DNA from: Salpingoeca rosetta
Taxonomy: Eukaryota; Protista; Choanoflagellata
Length of the DNA stretch: 64,000 bases
Assembly: GCA_033442325.1 (NCBI GenBank)
Contig: JAWQFM010000031.1
Coordinates: forward strand, 67,898-131,897
Direction: 5' to 3'
Shown here: positions 59,301 through 64,000 of the stretch, in pieces
How the letters are laid out: every line of letters starts with the position of its first letter
How positions within the stretch are numbered: position 1 is the stretch's first letter
Notes under the pieces: model-generated
Seen by the model: only the letters and a program-made list of their open reading frames with translations
Told to the model about the DNA's origin: nothing
Databases searched by the model: none
Position numbers and translations under genes: made by a program

Positions 59301-62300
59301 ACGTGCTGTCGCGGCGCCCGCTACGCGAGGACACGGGGCGCGTGCCAGAGGCAGAGGCGGTTGCTCCGCGCGAATGCGACGCACGTGATGACACGGGGCG
59401 CCGCGGCTTCACCCCCATGGAGGCAGTCACCTCGGCGGGGATCGGCCCTGCGTTGCGCAGAACCACCGTGGCCGTCCGGTCGTGGTTCACGAGGGTGCGT
59501 GGGAAGTGAAGCAGGGGCAGGCGGTCTGCTGTGCGCGCCACGGGCTCAAGCACGGTCACGCGCGGCAACAGGCCCTCGCCGTAAAGCTCAAACGACATGC
59601 TGCTGTTGTTCTGGTCTGCGCCGTCCACCAGCACCTCCAGCTGCGCCTGGTATTGCTGAATGGCCGTCGGGCTGAACGTCACCGTGACGTACCGCGTCTC
59701 CTTGCTCTGCACGGCGAGGGAGGCCACGTCCACAGAGAAACCGTCGACAGTAATGGCCGCAGCAGAGGACGAGCCGGTGCCGCCCGTGCCGCCGCCCGTG
59801 CCACCGCCGCCAGCCGTGCGACGTGACAGCGTGCCAGTGCCACCGGCACCGCCATTACCGCCTTCCTTGCGCAGCAGCACCTGCACGTTGGCCTCCACCT
59901 TGGTCGTGTTCTCAATCTTGAAGCGAGCTGTCGCCGTCTGGTTCACAACCACGGCACCAAAGCTGAACGTGCCGTCCTCCCTGGAGAAACACATGGGCGG
60001 GCGATGCTGCTGTGCAAGCGTTTCCACTGGCGCACCAGCTGTCCCCGGCCGCTCAGCAAGCGACCTGCGCAGCGTGGACATGAGCGATGACGACTGCGTA
60101 AGCATGGATGCACCCGCACCTGTGCTTCCGAGTGTTGTCGTGCCGGCACGCGTGGAGGCTGACATGGTGGGCCGGCCGCTGCGACGACTGGCACTACCAC
60201 CACGACCACTGCTGCTGCTGCTTGTCAGCTCACGGAAGTTGCTGCAGACGGTGTGTTCGGCAAAGACAACGCGTGGGTCCTTGTTGATGGCTGGCTGGCA
60301 CGCCTCCAGGCTGAGCTCGTACACGAGGCCGCCTGGGTGGTCGTTCTTCGCACGCTGCTCAACGTCAATCACCAGCTTCTGCAGCTCTTTCACAGGCATG
60401 CTCGTGTCGGCATCCACCGTCACCTTCACGCTCGCGCCAGGCTGCACCATCCCCGCTGACGGGTACACCGTGAACACGCCCAGGCTGAACTTGCCACCGC
60501 CGCCACCCTGTGCGGCCATGCCCGCGGGGTCGATGGAGCGACGACCAGATGTGGTGGACATGCGGCCCGTGCGCGAATTGCCTGCAGGTACGTTGCCCAT
60601 GCCGCGCGGGCGCGGCGTGATGGAGGGCCCGCGCACGTTCTGCTTGCCAATGTTGAACTTGAAGTCGTACTCGCCCACGTTCTTGATGTAAAACTCGCGC
60701 GTGGTCTTGGCCGAGGCGCCGGCGGTGATGGCGCCAAACTTGACGCCGCTGGGCGGCACAACGGCGTACTTGCTGTACACCGCGCGCACGGAGATGTGGA
60801 TGGGCACGTTGGCAATGACCTGGTTCATGTGCGGCTCCGTGATGCAGCAGCGCAGCAGGGGCGCGCGGTTGAGTGTAATCTCCCGCCGCGCACGCAGCGT
60901 GAAGCGCACAGCCGTGCTCTTGTCGTTGGGCATGAGCGTGCCCGTGGCGGGCGAGATGGCAATCATGTCCTCCTCAAGCTTCGGCGCGTGCTTGCGCATG
61001 GCCTCGCGGTCAATCTCAATCCTGTACTCAAACTCGTACTTGCCGCGGTTCTTGATGCTGCACATGAGCGTGCGCTCATCCAGCACGCGCATCGTGTCGT
61101 ACTCCAGCACCGTGTCGCCGTGGCGCGGGAAAATCATGTCAAACATGACATCGTACGCCTCGCCCGTGATCTGCAGGTGCTCCGTCACCTTCTCGTGCAC
61201 GTTGTCCATGTCCGCAATGTCCACATGCAGCGTCTTCTTGGACAGCGTGAGCGGCCGCGAGCTGCTGAAGAAGAACGACACATCCTGCGTGCTCAGCGGG
61301 TCAACCACGCCCGACGACATGTCCGCCGTCACTTCGGGCACGTTCTCAAAGCCGTAAATGTGGAAGGCGACGGGGAGGCGCGTTGGGTTGCGCAGTTGAA
61401 GAATCTTCGTGTCAGTCAGCTCGAGGAGCACGCGATCAAAGTTGATCTGCTTTCGATCAAGCTCAAGCGACGGCTTCACCCCGGACACGTGCACGTTGTA
61501 CACAACAGGCACAGGGTTGTCCTCCACGCACAGCACCAGCTTGTCCGTGTACTCCTGCACCAGGCGCGGCAGCGCAAACAGCGTGACACTTGCCGCCTCT
61601 CCGGGCTGTACCGTCACCATGCTGGGCACAACCGCAAAGGTGGGCGTGATCCCCGGCTGCTCGTCCGCCAGCGCACAGCGCACGGTGATGGGCTTGGGCC
61701 CGGGGTTGCTCAAGTTGATGGGGAAGCGGCAGCTCTCCATCGTGTCGTCCAAGCGCTCCAGTGCCTTGCGCGAGTTGACGGTGAGGATGGGCCCAAAGTC
61801 AATCAGCCGCTTCGTGGTGATGTACGCCTTGCCGTGCAGCCCGTCAGGGTCCTCCTCCTTGCGCACCAGCGACCCAAACACGGTGCGTGGGCGCGTGTCA
61901 ACCTTCGGGAACTCGCTCACGCCGCGCACATACACGGTGTACTGGCGGTCCCCAAGCACCGTTTGGAAGTTGAGGGCCTGGTCAAACTGGCCGACAGCGG
62001 TGGAGCGGAAGCGGAAGGGGATGACAACCGACGAGTGCGCAGGGATGGTCCACCGTGGTTTCTCCAACACAGCGTGCTGCGGCTGCTCACCAGAAGCGCC
62101 ACCACCGCCACCACCGCACAGCAAATTGCTGCTGCCGTCGCCCCAGTCACCAGCAGTGCCGCTCTGCGACAGGTCCTTCTTCTTCTTCGTCAGCGTGTCG
62201 CGCTTTGACGAGCGCGGGCGGCGGCCCGATGGCGTGCGTGCACTCGCACCACCCGCGTCCTTGGCCGGCGTCGACGTGCTGCCGCTGGTGGGCTTCTTCC

Positions 62301-64000
62301 GCAGCTTGCCACGCTTGCTCGACTCCGCCTCCTCCTCTTCCGCCTGCTTTGCCTCCAGCGCAGCGGCCTCAGCTGCTGCTGCTGCCCGCCTGTACCGTAC
62401 CAGCCGGTCCACAAACTCAAATCGTCCGTTTGAGTCAAACGGAATCGGGTCCAGCAGCTCTGGGCGCGTCACCACCGTAAAGTCCACGGGCTCGTGCTGG
62501 TCACGCTCGCTCTCGTCCTGGCGCAGGCGCACAAAGGCAAGGTTCTCCTTGCGCGGCAGCAGCGGGTGCGTCATGAGAGCTGTGGCTGTGTCCTCTGCAG
62601 TCTTGTCTGCGGGGACGGCAACAACAGGCACAAACTGTGGGCCTGCATCTGCTTCGCCGCCGTCTTGCTGATCACCGCCCATACCATCACCACCACCAAG
62701 ACCGCTGCCACCGTCAGCGCCGCTGCCGTCTGTCGTCGCAGCGCCAGCGCCACTCGTGTTGTTTCCTGTGCCCGCGCCTTGCCCCTGTGTGGGCAGGTTC
62801 AGGTCGGGCTTGGAGGAGCTTGCCTGCAGACGCTTGTTACGGCGGCCAGGCAGCGGGGACGTTGCCTCGTTCTGCGGCGCAGTGATGTCACGCACGAGGG
62901 TGCACGAGCGAAGATCAAACGCATCGACGGCGCGCATAATCACTTCGTCCTCCGCAGCGGACGCCAGCACCTCCTCCTTGAACGGGGTGGGCGACAGGTT
63001 GGTCAGGTCAGTGTCGTCGCGGGCGTTGTTGCCTGCGTTGGCACCGGCACCACCGCGTCCACCGCCGCCGCCACCGCCACGATGCCGCTGACCACCACCA
63101 CCACCACCACCAGCGACGTTGCTGCCGTGGTGGGCCTGTGATGTGCGTCCGTGGTGGCCCTGCTGGCCGGGCTGGGCGAGCGTCGGCCCCTGCTGCGAGG
63201 ACCGCCCACTGCCAGCGTCGAGGTTGGCTGGGCCGGGGCTTGCGCTGGCCTTCATGCCCTGCTGCTGGCTATTTGCCCCTGGCGGGTGCACGGAGCGGCG
63301 GCGGCTGCGGGACCGCGACCGCTGCTTGTTCGACTTTTCAATCTCCTCTCGCATGCGCGCCTCCTCCTCGGCCTGCGCCTTCTTCAGCTCGCGCTGCTTG
63401 CGGCGGTACGCGCGCACCTGCATGTCGTACGCGTGCTGCTCCTCCGGCGACATGGCGTCGTACTCGTCCTCGTCAATCTCGGGTGGCGCGTCCAGCTCCG
63501 TGTCCTCGCGGGCAGGCTGCTGCCGTGCCTTGATCACGCGCTCGCGGTGCTCGCCCATCAGCCGCTCAACGCACACCGCCTGGTCAACCTCTAGCCGCAC
63601 AAAGTAGAGGTGCTCGCGGCGGTTCAGCGCGGCCAGCCACGCCGTCAGCACCGTCACGCGGTCAGCAAACACGGACGTGAGGCCATCGACCACAACGCCA
63701 TTCATGGTGTCGCCCTGGCGCACGCGCCACCGCAAAAGCGCCACCAGCATGTCGTGGGGCACGGGGCGGGCCATGCTGAACATCTCCTCAACAGGGTCCA
63801 CGGGCACAGTGGGCTTTCCGTGCGGGTCTGTAACGCTGGCGTTCGTGTGCCTGCGCTCGCCCAGGGTGGCCGAGGCAGATGTGCCGCGACGCGAGGTGGT
63901 GGCGCTGCTCTTGCGTGACTGCCGTAGGTGCTGTGTCATGGAGCGTGGGCGGGATTGCCTCCGCTCATCGCCTTCGCCACCGGCGTGCAGCTGCTGTTGC
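53338..64000 (-). CDS. HYDIN: HYDIN, axonemal central-pair protein, 3' portion. Exons 54649 to beyond 64000 and 53338-54378; intron 54379-54648.
   Basis: Frame open for more than 3100 codons to the window edge, with many ASH/Ig-like repeats (F-G-x-V...N-x-G...F-x-P), an adenylate-kinase-like segment (NGVVVDGL..VF) and C-terminal EWIFYLKGVV matching the HYDIN end; TAG 53338-53340. Confidence 0.92.

Noticed and set aside
53431-63918. Long plus-strand ORFs (up to 542 aa) opposite HYDIN
   Set aside because: Antisense shadows of a GC-rich coding sequence with biased codon usage; no recognisable domains.

Overview
Eukaryotic, GC-rich, intron-dense DNA whose introns are packed with (CA)n/(GT)n microsatellites. 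This style, plus flagellar genes and animal-like domains, suggests a choanoflagellate such as Salpingoeca rosetta (inference, not verified). Genes in order: 3' part of a PDZ scaffold (+); two tandem intronless secreted 7-bladed beta-propeller genes (+); a coiled-coil gene ending in a CEP290-like motif (-); a polyQ GCN5/PCAF acetyltransferase with PCAF-N, GNAT and bromodomain (+); mitochondrial m-AAA protease AFG3L2 (-) divergent from RPL9 (+); an unknown S/Q-rich protein spanning an assembly gap (+); a short-type ABCC transporter (-); an intronless fibrinogen/intelectin-like secreted protein (-); and the 3' part of HYDIN (-) with an exon over 9.3 kb. There are two N gaps, and I found no rRNA, tRNA, CRISPR array or recognisable transposon. 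Best leads: (1) the three intronless secreted genes share one N-terminal module (D-x-x-G-x-L-x-I...V-x-x-N-G-x-D-V plus coiled coil, cubilin-like) fused to different lectin-like heads, and the tandem pair is mosaic; (2) introns tend to have (GU)n near the donor and (CA)n near an acceptor that often lacks a pyrimidine tract, suggesting structure-assisted splicing; (3) an animal-type PCAF-N domain in GCN5. All exon boundaries and family resemblances were read by eye and from memory, without database searches.
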